DNA of 64,000 bases from Eledone cirrhosa (GCA_964016885.1 OZ024756.1:27342001-27406000); one strand, 5' to 3'. Shown: positions 1 through 12,602, counted from the stretch's first letter. Made by a program: numbers and translations. The notes: a model not told the origin generated them from the sequence alone.

Positions 1-196
1 GCAGCCGACGTGTGGGACCCCATTTGCTCACTATACAGAGAGATGGGGAGGGCGAGAGAGATGGAGGAGATGACAGTGGGAGTTCGGCTCTTCTGTGTTC
101 GGACACATTGCAACTGTCATGTGGATCACGTGATAATTTCATTTTACTTGTCACGGTTATCAGCAGGCTCGTTGATAAAATACTGATGTAAGAGAT

Positions 197-383
197 AATT
201 GTTTCTTCGTTAGGCACAAGGCAGCAATTACCCAGTGCATTACTGGTACTTTATTTTATCGACCCCGTAAGGATGAAAGGCAAAGTCAACCTCGGCGGGA
301 TTTGAACTCAGATCGTAAAGGGACGTAACTATGCTGGAAAGCATGGCGTCCGACCCTCTACCGATACTGCCAATCCACCGCCC
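197..383 (-). mobile_element. tRNA-derived SINE, family 1 (Meta-like central domain)
   Basis: A box TGGCAGTATCGG, B box GAGTTCAAATCC, central GCCTTTCATCCTTACGGGGTCGATAAAATAAAGTACCAG, tail GAAACAATTAT. Other copies at about 1763-1972, 2610-2723, 3046-3215, 8810-9033, 9050-9238, 18670-19070, 20635-20825, 21950-22110, 37424-37522, 43663-43810, 54363-54543 (all minus) and 39815-40000 (plus). Confidence 0.85.
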
Positions 384-498
384 TATTGATGTTGTAAGAG
401 ATAATTCACCGCCCTATTGATGTTGTAAGAGATAATTCACCGCCCTATTGATGTTGTAAGAGATAATTCACCGCCCTATTGATGTTGTAAGAGATAAT
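376..498. repeat. 4 x 31-bp tandem repeat spanning the SINE 5' junction
   Basis: CACCGCCCTATTGATGTTGTAAGAGATAATT at 376, 407, 438, 469. Confidence 0.9.
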
Positions 499-1284
499 GT
501 TACTTTATTTTTCTTTGATTGGTTTCTATTGATTTGTTTCATTATATAAATTACATAAATTAAAGTTTTTATTCACTAAGCAAAGTTGGCTTAAAAACCA
601 TTGAGGATTACCTAAATATGAAAAAGAAAGTAATAAGAAAAAGGGGGAAGGGATAAAGAAGGGCAGATCTGGCTGTATTTGAAAGTAGAGGAAAGGACTA
701 TAAGTGCCATGAATGAGATGTGTCCCTATATGGGACCAGCGATATTAAAATGAGATGAAAGGGAGGGAAAATGCAAGGACTCTTGGACCACAGAAGAAAA
801 GGAGAGCGAATGGGAAAGGGCGATGGGCTCTAGGTCTTGGGCAGGTCGGTGTTGGGGCTGTTCTCCGAGGAAAATTGTGTTTATATGTACAAAATAAAAT
901 AAATAAAGATTTTCTGATTGTATAGAAAGAAAAATGTGAGTGGTGAAAAATGCCTCAGGACTGAAAACAGAAGCCTGCGGGTTAATTCACGAAGTGGTCA
1001 ATAGACAGATGGAATAGATCTGCGGCTCTCAAAGTGGGCGCTACCACCACCCCGTGTGGGGGGGGGACATTGAAAGGTCCAGGGAGGGCACTGGAGCATA
1101 AGGGAGCAATGGGGGTGATAGAGATGATATAATAGTATATTAAATATCATATAAATATAATATATTAAATATCATAGATATAGTCAAATAAAAAATATAT
1201 ATATAATATTTATTTATACATAGTATATATTATATTATTTATTATATATCGATTAACGCTTTTATTTATTATATATTATTTACA

Positions 1285-1389
1285 ATTTGCATGAAGGCAG
1301 GTCTCTCTGGAAATAGGGGTGGAGGGCGTTGAGGGTATTACGTGGCCGTGTGGGCTGGGAGGAGGCAAAAAAAGTTTGAGAACCTCTGG
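1285..1389 (-). mobile_element. hAT/Charlie-like non-autonomous element end
   Basis: CAGAGGTTCTCAAACTTT terminus; homologous to 9602-9722 in opposite orientation. Confidence 0.5.
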
Positions 1390-2011
1390 AATAGGTCGTG
1401 GTGTCATATCGGGTGGGTCACGTTTATACCTTCATCTTTTGATCTCCAAATATATTTGGAGAGTGTTGTGTGTCTTGGGTGTATTCCGTACACTGATGGC
1501 TTTATACAAACAATTTTAATAGAATATATACCCCATGCTTCTAATATAGGAGTGTCTCAATCGGTTTTATATTTTAGTACAAAAAACAAACATTAATATG
1601 TGTGTATGTGTATTTATGTGTGAAAGTGTGTACAATTGTATGTAGATGTGTGTACGTGTATGTATGTGTATGTATGTGTGTGTATGTTTGTGTATGTACG
1701 TAGACAAGCGTGCACACACACACACACACACACACACACGTGGTGGAAGCTAATGAAATAATGGTTTCTTATATAGGCACAAGGCCAGCAATTGGTGGGG
1801 GGGGTCGATTAAATCGACCCCAGTGCGTGACTGGTACTTTATGTTATCGACCCCGTAAAGATGAAAGGCAAAGTTAACCTCGGCAGGATTTGAATTCAGA
1901 TTATAAAGAGCCGTAACTCTATGCTGCAAAGCATGGTGTCCGACCCTCTACTGATACTGGCAATCCACCGCTCTTAAGGGGGAGCTAATGAAATAATAAT
2001 ATATATAAATA

Positions 2012-2348
2012 CAGTGTGCCCTGACATTCGCGGCCCTGGTTATTCGCGGAAATTTCCTTAGAAACTTAACTAATAATTGTTCGTGGAAACCACCACAAAT
2101 TCGCGGAATCGTAAATATCTTCCGCGATTTTTTATGGCTTTTTTCGTGGTAATATATTTTGCACGCTTTTTAACGTTAAATTATTAATAACAATATATCG
2201 TATTTACCGGCCTATATTTTACGTCACGTTTTGACGTTTATCGGCATTTTTATGAACCACTTCCAACATTCGCGGTTTTTTCGCGCATTTTTTCACTCTT
2301 CGCGGGTGCTGTAGGAACGTAATGCCCGCGAATACCGGGGGACAACTA
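2012..2348. mobile_element. Tc1/mariner (pogo/Tigger-like) MITE
   Basis: TA-CAGTGTGCCC...ATTCGCGG start, CCGCGAAT...GGGACAACT end, internal TTCGCGG/CCGCGAA repeats. Confidence 0.65.
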
Positions 2349-2377
2349 AATATATATATACACACACACATATATAT

Positions 2378-2423
<46 letters not shown>

Positions 2424-2727
2424 AGGTGTTCTAATTAATGTGGCTGTTTTTTTTAATTTGTTTTATGTTGTTATTGAGGTTTGTTTTTTTTTTGTTAATG
2501 AGGTGACTGTGGTTTTATCAGTCATTTTGATGTTATTGTTACTATCATTGCTGTTGTTGTTGTTGTTATACTTAATTTATAGTCCCCACCCACCCAACAA
2601 CCCCCAAAGAATAACAAGAAACATCGGTCTCCGAGGGGTTTGAATTCAGAACGTAGAGGGCCGTTACTATATGCTGCAAAGTATTTCGTCCGACGCTCTA
2701 ACGATACTGCCAATCCATCGCCCAAAT

Positions 2728-2760
<33 letters not shown>

Positions 2761-2762
<2 letters not shown>

Positions 2763-3009
2763 TTTCTTTATTAACCACAAGGGTTTACATAAAGTAGTCA
2801 TTAAGGACAGTACAGGACAATACAGGACGGTACAAATGGGCATTTCTGCGTGTAAAAAACAAAAACAGAGGATGTAACAAAAAAAATAACATTGAAAAAT
2901 TCCCCAATACGGGGGAGACTTCCGAGGGACATTCGTGGAGAAAGCCCATTAAAAAGACACAGTGACCCTGACCACCAGGGCAAGTGCCCTCTCCCAGTTT
3001 TCCACCTTC

Positions 3010-3010
<1 letters not shown>
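2761..3010 (-). mobile_element. 3' end of a Tx1/L1-like LINE inside an (AAT)n tract
   Basis: Minus-strand terminus TGTGGTTAATAAAGAAATC then (ATT)n; near-identical terminus to 21400-21778; (AAT)n on both sides. Confidence 0.5.
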
Positions 3011-3047
<37 letters not shown>

Positions 3048-3214
3048 TTTCTATTATAAGCACAAGGCCATAAATGTGGGGGGGGGGGGAATCGATTAAA
3101 TCGACCCCCAGTACATATCTGGTACTTTATTTTATCGACCCCCGTGAGGATGGAAGGCAAAGCTAACCTCAGCGAGATTTGAACTCAGAATTTACGAAGT
3201 AGGGTGTCCGACCG

Positions 3215-3480
3215 CCATTAATAACAACAGGTGCTCAGGGAATGATAAAATAACACACACACACACACAGGTAAATACATAACTAAAACACCTGGGCATA
3301 AAAATATATAAAACATACATAAAGTAGCACAACTAGGTATTGCACATATATTACAAAGTGTATTTTCAATACAATAAAAGTAACATAGCTAAAAACAATG
3401 CTGCACAGACCCAAGGTACACAGAGCTGTGCTCGGTTATGCAGTAAAGACATGAAGTAAATATAAAACTAATATTCACGA
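3215..3480 (+). mobile_element. Degenerate R4/Dong-like LINE 3' fragment
   Basis: Translates to TGAQGMIK...KVAQLGIAHILQSVFSIQ*, resembling the RLE C-terminus (GALG...LLGTAHILR). Confidence 0.5.
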
Positions 3481-3515
3481 AAATATTAATAATATTAATA
3501 ATTTTGTCACATTAC

Positions 3516-3590
3516 CTTGCCACGCTGTACGTATTTCGTTAAGGGGTGTGCCATTTCATGCCAGGTATAGTGACCAATAGAAAGAAAAGC
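3516..3590 (-). CDS. Candidate coding exon 3 (75 bp, phase 0-0) of an unidentified gene
   Basis: tag|GCT...AAG|gtaatg; only frame 0 open (AFLSIGHYTWHEMAHPLTKYVQRGK); acceptor lacks a pyrimidine tract. Confidence 0.25.
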
Positions 3591-3722
3591 CTATGTATGT
3601 ATGTATCTTTGTATGTATGTATGTACGTATGGACGTATGTATGTATGTGTGTATGTATGTATGTATGTATGTATGTATGTATGTATGTATGTATGTATGT
3701 ATGTATGTATGTATGTATGTAT

Positions 3723-3956
3723 GGGATAACTCCGACATAAAACCTGCGGCTCAGTAGTTACCGATGATGTTGATCTTTTCTTCTTTTCGGGTTATAGCTA
3801 CTGTCGCTCAGAGAGTGGGATTGGCTCGGTGCACAGTCTTTCCTCGCTTTTAAAAATATCTTCACGCACAGGCATTGCACGATAGAATTAATTAATATTT
3901 ATTAATAATGTTATATCGTGCAATGGCATTACTCGATATCGAGGTGGCAGCCATCA
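3723..3956 (+). mobile_element. Short non-autonomous retroelement sharing the 3' terminus of the RTE LINE
   Basis: Last 42 nt match the LINE 3' end at 37/42 positions; (TATG)n on both sides; no Pol III boxes seen. Confidence 0.75.
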
Positions 3957-4807
3957 TGTATGTATGTATGTATGTATGTATGTATGAATTTACGTATGTA
4001 TGTATGTATGTATGTATGTATGTATGTATTTACGTATGTATGTATGTATGTATGTATGTGCGTGTGTATCTACGAACGGTCTGGATAAAGTTTCAGGACA
4101 GCTGTTTATATGTACACATCAAACTAAAAAAAAACTCTGTTACATATTCAGCTGTACTGACGAAAGTAGTTGGTGTTTGGTGGTTGGTGGAAGTTGGTTG
4201 GTTCTGGTGATGGTAATAACGGGAGTTGTTATGTTAGTGATAATGGAGGTTGTTGTGTTTGTCACAATGTCAGTCAGCAGTCTGTGTAAATGATAATGAT
4301 GATGTCAGTTGTAGAACTGTCTAATAATTATTTCTATGTTTTTACATTATTTTTTTTCTTCTTCTAATAATAATGATGAATTCACTCGTAAAAAAAATAC
4401 ACACAAAAAAAAACAGCCAAAAAACTATTAACGGAATACAAAAAAAAAAAAAAATACATGATTGTTGACAACTTCTTTCAGGTAAACACGAGTTACTTCA
4501 CCTTATCTTTTTTGTTGAGAAAAAAAAAGACTAATATATAAATAAAATAAATACTGTAAATAATGGAAAAATAAATGGAATTTAATAGCAAGTGTAAAAA
4601 GAAAGAGAAAATGAGGACTCAGCGAACCGGTCTTGGTGAAAAAGGGAATGACGAAATATATAATAGAATATCTTGTGCATATGTATCGGTGTTTTCATAT
4701 ATGGTTGAGTTTCTAATATGTGTGTGTGTTTACTCGTGAATATTTGTATGCAGGCGCATGTATGTATGTATGTGTAGGCGTGTTTGTCTTCGTTGCTATG
4801 TAAGATT

Positions 4808-4923
<116 letters not shown>

Positions 4924-5090
4924 TTATATATATACATATATATATGTGTGTGTGTATATATATGTATATATATATATACATATATATATGTGTGTGTGTA
5001 TATATTTATATATATATATTTATATATATGTATGTATATATATATATATGTATCTATATATTTATATACATGTATGTATATATATATATA

Positions 5091-5169
<79 letters not shown>

Positions 5170-5524
5170 AAAAAAAAGGGATGAAATCGAAAATGCAACT
5201 GAAGTCTTATTTTTTTTAAAAATATATATATTTATTTGGTTCCTTTACCGGTTTCGCAGTTCTTCTGCTTTTCAAAAGGTGAGTTGAGATGGAGGGTCTG
5301 TGGTTTTTCTCACATCTGAGATGTGAGAAAAACCACAGACCCTCCATCTCAACTCACCTTTTGAAAAGCAGAAGAACTGCGAAACCGGTAAAGGAACCAA
5401 ATAAATATATATATTTTTTTTTAAAATAAGACTTCAGTTGCATTTTCGATTTCATCCCTTTTTTTTATACTTCCACTCGTGTAGGACACCTCGGTTATTT
5501 TTCATTTTGTAAAAAAAACCTCAC

Positions 5525-5531
<7 letters not shown>
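5170..5531. mobile_element. Fold-back element in (TA)n carrying hammerhead motifs (family A), Penelope-like pLTR remnant
   Basis: ~150-bp inverted arms centred near 5318 plus a 65-bp single-copy extension; further copies at 49458-49818 and 41790-42202. Confidence 0.75.
5357..5394 (+). ncRNA. Minimal type-I hammerhead ribozyme, U3-A8 core variant (mirror copy 5242-5279 minus)
   Basis: CCTT-TTGAAAA-GCAG aagaa CTGC-GAA-ACCGGT-A-AAGG: stems I and II, palindromic stem III, GUA site. Confidence 0.7.
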
Positions 5532-5578
<47 letters not shown>

Positions 5579-5586
5579 ATATATGC

Positions 5587-5677
<91 letters not shown>

Positions 5678-6781
5678 GTATGTGTTCAATTATAGGGGAT
5701 AGAATACCACCAGAGTAAGAAACATATTGTCTACGAAAGGGAGCTCAGCCGTCGGAATATACCGTATTAGTAGCAGAAGCCCAACTGATCTCTAAAAGAA
5801 TAAAATAATAAAAACCAAAAACACATGAATTACAGTAATATTACCGATTCTAAGCATCAAAACACACGTCCTAATAAATAACAAAATCCATAAACAAGGT
5901 CGCATAACTCTTATAAGTATTTACATGCTGAGTTCAAAACCTGCCGAAGGTAGCTTTGCCTTTCTTCTTTGTCATGTAAATTTCTTTACGAGAGAGAGAG
6001 AGAAGGAAATAAGGAAGAGAGAGGGAGGATGGGGAGAAGTTGTCTTTGTTTATGTCTATAGAAGCTATTGGAAAGGTCGTCTATCATAAGTCAGAGACAG
6101 AAAGAAAGCTGTATTGACAACAGCAACATAGAATTGGTAATGATAAAATGTGTCCAAACACGGAAGAACCGAACTCCCACTGTCATCGCCCTCCCCATCT
6201 CTCACGCCCGCCCCATCTCTCTCGCCCCTCCCCATCTCTCTATATTATGGGCAAATGGGGTCCCATGTGCTGGCCACCCCACGGCCCTCGCGGACAGAAT
6301 GTAGAAGGCGTTTCCCCGGAAGATAGTAAGGGAGATGCGCTTTGCTTCTTTATTCGTACCCGTCAAACTTTTGGCATACGTTTAGATAAATGTTCAGTTT
6401 CAGACATGGATTTGCAATGATATAAGTTTGTCTTACATTCATGACGATTTTGTAAGAGTGTTATTTCTACGAACAGGATGATGATACTTTGACCCACAAA
6501 TGTTGACCTGTTTACTCTGACAGACTAGAATCGACATTTATACGAGATCAATGGAAAATTCCAGATTTCTTTGGCCAAAAACAGAGGGTTGACTTTTACA
6601 TGAGATCGTCTATTACTCGAATATATATGGTAGCTTACTAGTTTACATTTGTTTCTCCGTGAAGTTGAACAGAGAGGCATCGCTCTTTGAGCTCCACAAA
6701 ACAAATATTATGAAATTGAGCGTACAAAAGGATCAGCCTACTAGTAATAGCAGATTACACCTTAGCTCCTTAAAAGACAGT

Positions 6782-6920
6782 TTAACCGCTTAGTATTTTC
6801 TATGAGATTTTGATGTTATTTATTTCGAGACTATATGAGCGGGCAGATACGGCCGGTTTGAACAGAAAGGGGTGAGAGAATTCTGGCCCGATATGGTCAG
6901 TTTAAATGCTAAAGAGTTAA
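6782..6920. mobile_element. piggyBac-like MITE (degenerate)
   Basis: TTAA at both ends; homologous in reverse to 54627-54839; another remnant near 43990-44205. Confidence 0.5.
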
Positions 6921-6975
6921 ACAGTGTAATTTAAAATGTTATTTTTTAAATGCAGCATAGAAGTTCTAGAAATAC

Positions 6976-7089
6976 CTTTAATAATAGATCTTCTCGGGGT
7001 AGACAGGATGACGACAATATCACAAATGTAACCTTGCAAGAAACGAACACCTCAGCAAAATATCCTTTTCGATAAAATATCTTCAGTTC
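6976..7089 (-). CDS. Candidate coding exon 2 (114 bp, phase 0-0)
   Basis: tattcag|GAA...AAG|gtattt; only frame 0 open (ELKIFYRKGYFAEVFVSCKVTFVILSSSCLPREDLLLK). Confidence 0.35.
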
Positions 7090-7241
7090 CTGAATACAAC
7101 ACTTGAGGGTGGGAAAAATAAACAACAATAAACACTTGAGGTGAAAACACAGTCACAAATTACATGTGTTCGTATCTTATCCCTACTTATAAGTGAAGTT
7201 TGTAATAAATAATACAAGAATTTGTCTGAGCAACCACTTAC

Positions 7242-7337
7242 CATTCGGTAACATATGGTATGTTAAATCGGTTTCATGAGTAACTTAGATCGGTTTCATG
7301 AGTAACTTAGATCATCGTTTCGACGTCGTCAGAAATT
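7242..7337 (-). other. Candidate 5'-UTR exon ending in ATG
   Basis: cttgttttcag|AAT...ATG|gtaagt (consensus donor), followed by a 152-bp GT-AG intron. Confidence 0.35.
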
Positions 7338-7840
7338 CTGAAAACAAGTTCTTAATGTTTACGAAACAGAGAATAATTAGCAGTTATTTTTAGCGTCTTA
7401 CTCTCGTCACATTAACATCAAGGTCACGTTGACATGTGACGAGATTTACGAGTTTAACTAACTCTTTCACTCACATACTCAACATGCAGGCTGGCTCATC
7501 TCAAACTTTCGAGTTCACCATTCATTTTAACTCGACAAAGAACAAGTCAACGAGAAAATCTTTTTCTTTGTAGTTGATCTACTTGCTAGGAATGACAGCC
7601 AAATCATTCTGAGCTTCAATTTCCAGTGAGTCTTAGTTTTGCCATGACCATCAGCAAATCACAAAGACAAACATTTTCGGTTGCTGGAGCTCTGCTTCAC
7701 CTATGGTCAGCTTTACATTGGATGTCCTCATCAAGGGAACTATCATTCAGGGTAGACATGGTCTGACATGGAATAAAAACAAATTTGAAATAAAGGCATA
7801 CTTTTGTGATTATTGCCCGGCAACGACGGGCTCTTCCGCT

Positions 7841-7926
<86 letters not shown>

Positions 7927-8010
7927 CTCTTTCACTCGCTCCCTCTCTCCCTCTCTCCCTCTCTCCCTCCCCCTCTCTCTCTCGCTCTCTCTATTATCAT
8001 CATTACAATA

Positions 8011-8498
8011 ACTAGCAGAAAAACCACCCTTCGGGTGGTTTTCTGCTAGCATGTGTAGTGTGCATATTGATATTATACGCAGGTATATATACATGTAGAT
8101 ATGATACATCAAATAAAATCGTAATTGACAATATATAATACATAGAAATTGAACGAAGACTGAGTTACACTGTCTTATGTAATCAGTAACGTAATCCATG
8201 ATACATTAAAAAAGACGATATTATATATAAACTGCATTAGGAGAAAATTAGTGACGGATAATTAGTATGTTTATTTAAGCGATCGCCACCGGAAGTGTTG
8301 ACATTTCAGAAATTTTAAAGAAGTGAATCTTTAAATAAACAAAATATATTTAATGAACAGCCACGAAATTTAGTAGATAAATTATGTAATATTCATTCAT
8401 TATTTATTCAAAGTAATCCAACTTATTTTACAAACGGGATAAAAAATTTAAAAAAACTGTACGCAATCCCGCAGACCTTCCTTTATTATAGTTTAGAT
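8011..8498 (+). mobile_element. Non-autonomous Helentron/HINE-like element, copy 1
   Basis: ACTAGC start inside hairpin CTAGCAGAAAAACCACCC-TTC-GGGTGGTTTTCTGCTAG; ends TTATTATAGTTTAGAT; second copy at 19429-20132. Confidence 0.55.
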
Positions 8499-9277
8499 TG
8501 CCCTATTAATTTAAAAGACACGTTCATCATTTCATCTCTCTCTCTCTCTCGCTCTCCCCCCCCCCCCCATCCTCTCTTTCTCGCCCCCCCCCTCTCTCTT
8601 ACCTTAGTTTAATCATCATCATTTAACATCCGTTTTCCCAGCTAACACGATTTGCACGCCATTACAATCAATTACCACCACCACCACCACCACCACCTCC
8701 CCCTCCATCACAACAATTATTATCAACACCACCCTCATTATCACCACTACCACCTCCATCAAAGTTAACAATAACAACAACACTGACGGCTGCGCCAACC
8801 ATAACAATAATTGTTTCTGATTTAGGCACAAGGCCAGCAATTTTGGGGAGGAAAGGGAAACGTCGATTAAATCGACACCAGTGCGTGACTGGTACTTTAT
8901 TTTATCGACCCCGTAAGGATGAAAGGCAAAGCTAACCTCGGCGCGAGATTTTGAACTCAGAACGTAAAGGGCCGTAACTATATGCCACAAAACATGTTGT
9001 CCGACGCACAACCGATTCTGCTAATCCGCCACCTTACCAACCATAACAATAATTGTTTCTAGTTTTGGCACAAGGCCAGCAATTACCCCAGTGCATTACT
9101 GGTACCTTATTTTATCGACCCCGTAAGGATGAAAGGTAAAATTAACATCGGCGGGATTTGAACTCAGAACGTAAAGGGCCATAACTCTATGTCGCAAAGC
9201 ATGGTGTCTAACGCTCTACCGCTACTGCCAATCTACCAACAATAATAACAGTTACTCAACGAAGGAGCACCCACACC

Positions 9278-9441
9278 TGTCATGGGTAAATTGCGGCCCG
9301 GGAGCCGCATGCGGCCGGTTTGGGTTTCTGAATGGTACGCTTAATTTCAAAATTGCCTTGAATTGTTTTAGCAGTGCGGCCCGCCTTATGATGAGCCACA
9401 TCATATGCGGCCCACTGCTCGAAAAAGGTTGCCCATGTCTG
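9278..9441. mobile_element. hAT-like MITE
   Basis: Terminal CATGGGTAA / TTGCCCATG inverted repeats with subterminal GCGGCCC repeats. Confidence 0.6.
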
Positions 9442-9846
9442 ACCTACACGATCATTTAAGCTGCTAGATATAGCAGCCAAATCTCCCTCAAATCATTCTA
9501 TACTTTCTTGGGAAAGGAAGGATACACTCGAGAATGTAGTCCTAGATACAATGTCTGAAAAGAAAAGATGAGGAAATGGTCATGAGTGGAATGCCTTAAA
9601 TCAAAGGTTCTTAAACTTTTGGGGCCATCGCCCCCCTCATGGCCACGTAATACACTCAGCGCCCCCACCCACCTATTTCCAGAGAGACCCACCTACACAC
9701 GAATTGTAAATAATATATAATAAGTAAAATCATTAATTTATATATATTAAATAATATAATATATACTATATTTAAATAAATATATATTTTTTATACAACA
9801 CACAACACACAAAAACAAGATGGTGTAGGACAGAACAAAGAAGAGA

Positions 9847-9889
9847 CACACTGAGGAGGTCACAGAATGTGTGACGAAAGAGCTTTGAC
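9847..9889 (+). ncRNA. Hammerhead motif, family E
   Basis: CTGAGGA-G-GTCACA gaatg TGTGAC-GAAA-GAGC-TT-TGAC; stem I partly decayed; homologs at 36881-36923 and ~55511-55548. Confidence 0.6.
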
Positions 9890-10149
9890 AATATATAAAC
9901 AACCTTTCGGTTATCGAACCAACCATCCAACCGGAAATTTATAATAAATTGAAGTGAAAAACCAACAGGTGCGTGTGTTTTTATTGGCAACATGACCCTC
10001 CCAAAGTATAACAATATATATTTTTTATTTTACTAAATTTATATATAATATGTATCACATGATATTTAATATACTATTATATCATCTCTCGCCGCCTGGC
10101 CCCAGAGCCTCCTGGAGCTTCTTAGCGCCCACACCGGGGGCGTGGAGGC

Positions 10150-10402
10150 ACCGAGAGAACCTCTGCCTTACCGGTCGCTCTCCGACAGGCTTGCGGTCGT
10201 ACCCTTGGCAGTGGAGACTTCTGGTGTCCTCGGCCCTAGGGCTACCTCCCTACTCACCACCATAGGCGCTGAGCTGGCCAGCCGCAGGTGTGAGGCTCGC
10301 GAGTCACAATGGCTCTTCCAGTGCGTTTCCCTTGCCGCCCCCCCGGGGAAACGCGCCTTCTCCATTCTGTCCGCCGGGGCTGTGGGGGAGCCACCAATAT
10401 GA
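10150..10402 (+). mobile_element. CRE-clade LINE 3' fragment (restriction-like endonuclease C-terminus)
   Basis: VPLAVETSGVLGPRA...RESQWLFQCVSLA resembles the CRE PxAVETxGxxG...QRxSxA motif. Confidence 0.6.
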
Positions 10403-11222
10403 TTGACTGACTTGTCATTTTATCAGTCAACTGTTGCTGTCGTTAACAAGTTAACCTACCTACCTGCCAGTATCAAAGATTATAGACCAGATACGCCAAT
10501 CCTACAAGACAGCTGATCACTCTAAAAGAAAGTCACACCGTACAAGATACAATGTTGTTTTTGTTTACCCTTGCAAGGGAGGTGGTCATGGCTGGAAAGT
10601 CATTGATTATATTTCTCTGATAGTTAACTATTAAGTTATTTATTTATATATTTATTTATTTATTGTATTGATTTCATTGTTTTGTGGATTTAGCGTATAC
10701 GTCTGTGTGAGGGTGAATGTGTGTGTGTGTGGAGGAGGAGGGGGGGGGGCGTCTGTGAGGGTGTGTGCGTGTGTTTGAGGGTCAGAGTATGTATGTGTGT
10801 GTGTGTATGTGTATGTGTGTGTATTTGAGTGTGTGTGCGTCGAATAGGCACACGCACGCACACACACACAGACACACACACATACACACACACGCATGCT
10901 GACATTAAATTCTAGTTGCTTTCATTTCTCTTAAACAAACATCGATGGCTACATACGTGTAGATATACTCATTATCACACACATATCACGCACACATAAA
11001 CACACACACACACACACACATGTACACACGTCCACACACAAATGCACAAACGACGACGTATACACACACACACATACATAGACGCTCGCACACAAACACA
11101 CGTACACACGTACACACACATACACACACACGTACACGCACACGCACACACACACACATACACACACACACACACACAAGCACACACAAACGCACACGTA
11201 CACACAGAAACACACACACAAG

Positions 11223-11256
<34 letters not shown>

Positions 11257-11286
11257 TCTTTACGGTCTGAGTTGAAATCCCACCGA

Positions 11287-11700
11287 TAGACATTTTTTCA
11301 CGCTCAGAGTTACTGAAGCATGGAACAAACTGCCTGCGTCAGTTGTTAGCTGCCGAGACACTGCATCCTTTAAGACACTCATGCTTCCCGAAATACGCCA
11401 AAACTACACCTGATGTACCCCTTCCATACACATGCACACATGTGTGTATCATGACTCGTGCACTGTTCATTTTACTGATGTTTGTGCATTGCCCTATGTA
11501 CTGTACATGCACTTTTTGATGAGTTGTGGTGCACCTGGGCACTGTACACAATATTTCATTATTATTATTGTTGTTGTTATTATATCATGACTCATACACT
11601 GTTCATTTTCCTGACATTTGTACATTATTCTATGTACTATACATGCACCTTTGATGAGTTGTAGTGCACCTGAGCACTGTACACAATAATTTCATTATAT
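11287..11700 (+). mobile_element. CR1-group LINE 3' fragment inserted into a family-1 SINE
   Basis: [29 protein letters not shown] plus a duplicated 3' UTR; SINE halves at 11258-11286 and 11701-11781. Confidence 0.75.
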
Positions 11701-12217
11701 GAACTTCGCATTTAATCCTTACGGGGTCGATAAAATAAAGTACCAGTAATTGCTAGCCTTGTGCCAAACGTAGAAACAATTACCTTTTGTTTCTGTAAAT
11801 ATATAAGTAAAATAATATCTCATGCGCGTAATTAATATGATAAAAGTGGGGTGAGATATGTGTAAAATGATATACAAAACAGTATGTATAATTGTTTCTG
11901 CAAATCATGCCTTCACATATATGTGTAAACGAACAGAATGGAGTCAGGCTTCATAGATATGTATTAACATACACATACATAATAGGTACTAACGTTTTGT
12001 TTGTATGTATATGTGGCAGTAGGAGCGAGGCGTATTGGGGAGTCGTTTAAAATATCGGATCGAATGCTTTGTGGATTTTCGTTCCGGTTGTCTGTTCTCG
12101 GATTTTAAATCCCGCTGACATCAACTTTGTCTTTCATCTTTTCGAGGTAGATAAAAATAAAAAAAAAGTACCAGTTCAATCTTGGGGTCGATTCTTCCTT
12201 TATATGTCTTTCTCACT

Positions 12218-12281
<64 letters not shown>

Positions 12282-12362
12282 CTCTCTCTATCTCTATCTA
12301 TCTCTTTCTCGCTCTCTCTTTCGTTCTCCCCTCTCTCTCTCTCCCTCTCCATATCTACCCCC

Positions 12363-12402
<40 letters not shown>

Positions 12403-12404
12403 TC

Positions 12405-12602
12405 TATGTTTGGAAAATAAACCTCATTTGGTCATTCCATGAGAGTATCTTGGTCAGCCTATGAAGGAGTGATGCTAGAGTTGTGTAATCTTGCATGCAT
12501 TAATTTTAACTCTTCTTATTAATAACTGCACTGTTTCTTTCCAGGGACTATGTTGAAAAATAAACCTCATTTGGTCATTCCATGAGAGTATCTTGGTCAG
12601 TC
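12405..12602. repeat. ~143-bp unit tandem repeat (about 1.4 units; more units at 17975-18540)
   Basis: AAATAAACCTCATTTGGTCATTCCATGAGAGTATCTTGGTCAG recurs at a 143-bp spacing. Confidence 0.8.

Noticed and set aside
197-383. tRNA genes suggested by A and B boxes
   Set aside because: No cloverleaf; the boxes are SINE heads followed by SINE body and tail
7310-7335. CTGACGA-CGTC-GAAAC hammerhead-like string on the minus strand
   Set aside because: Stem II is too short and stems I and III cannot be formed convincingly
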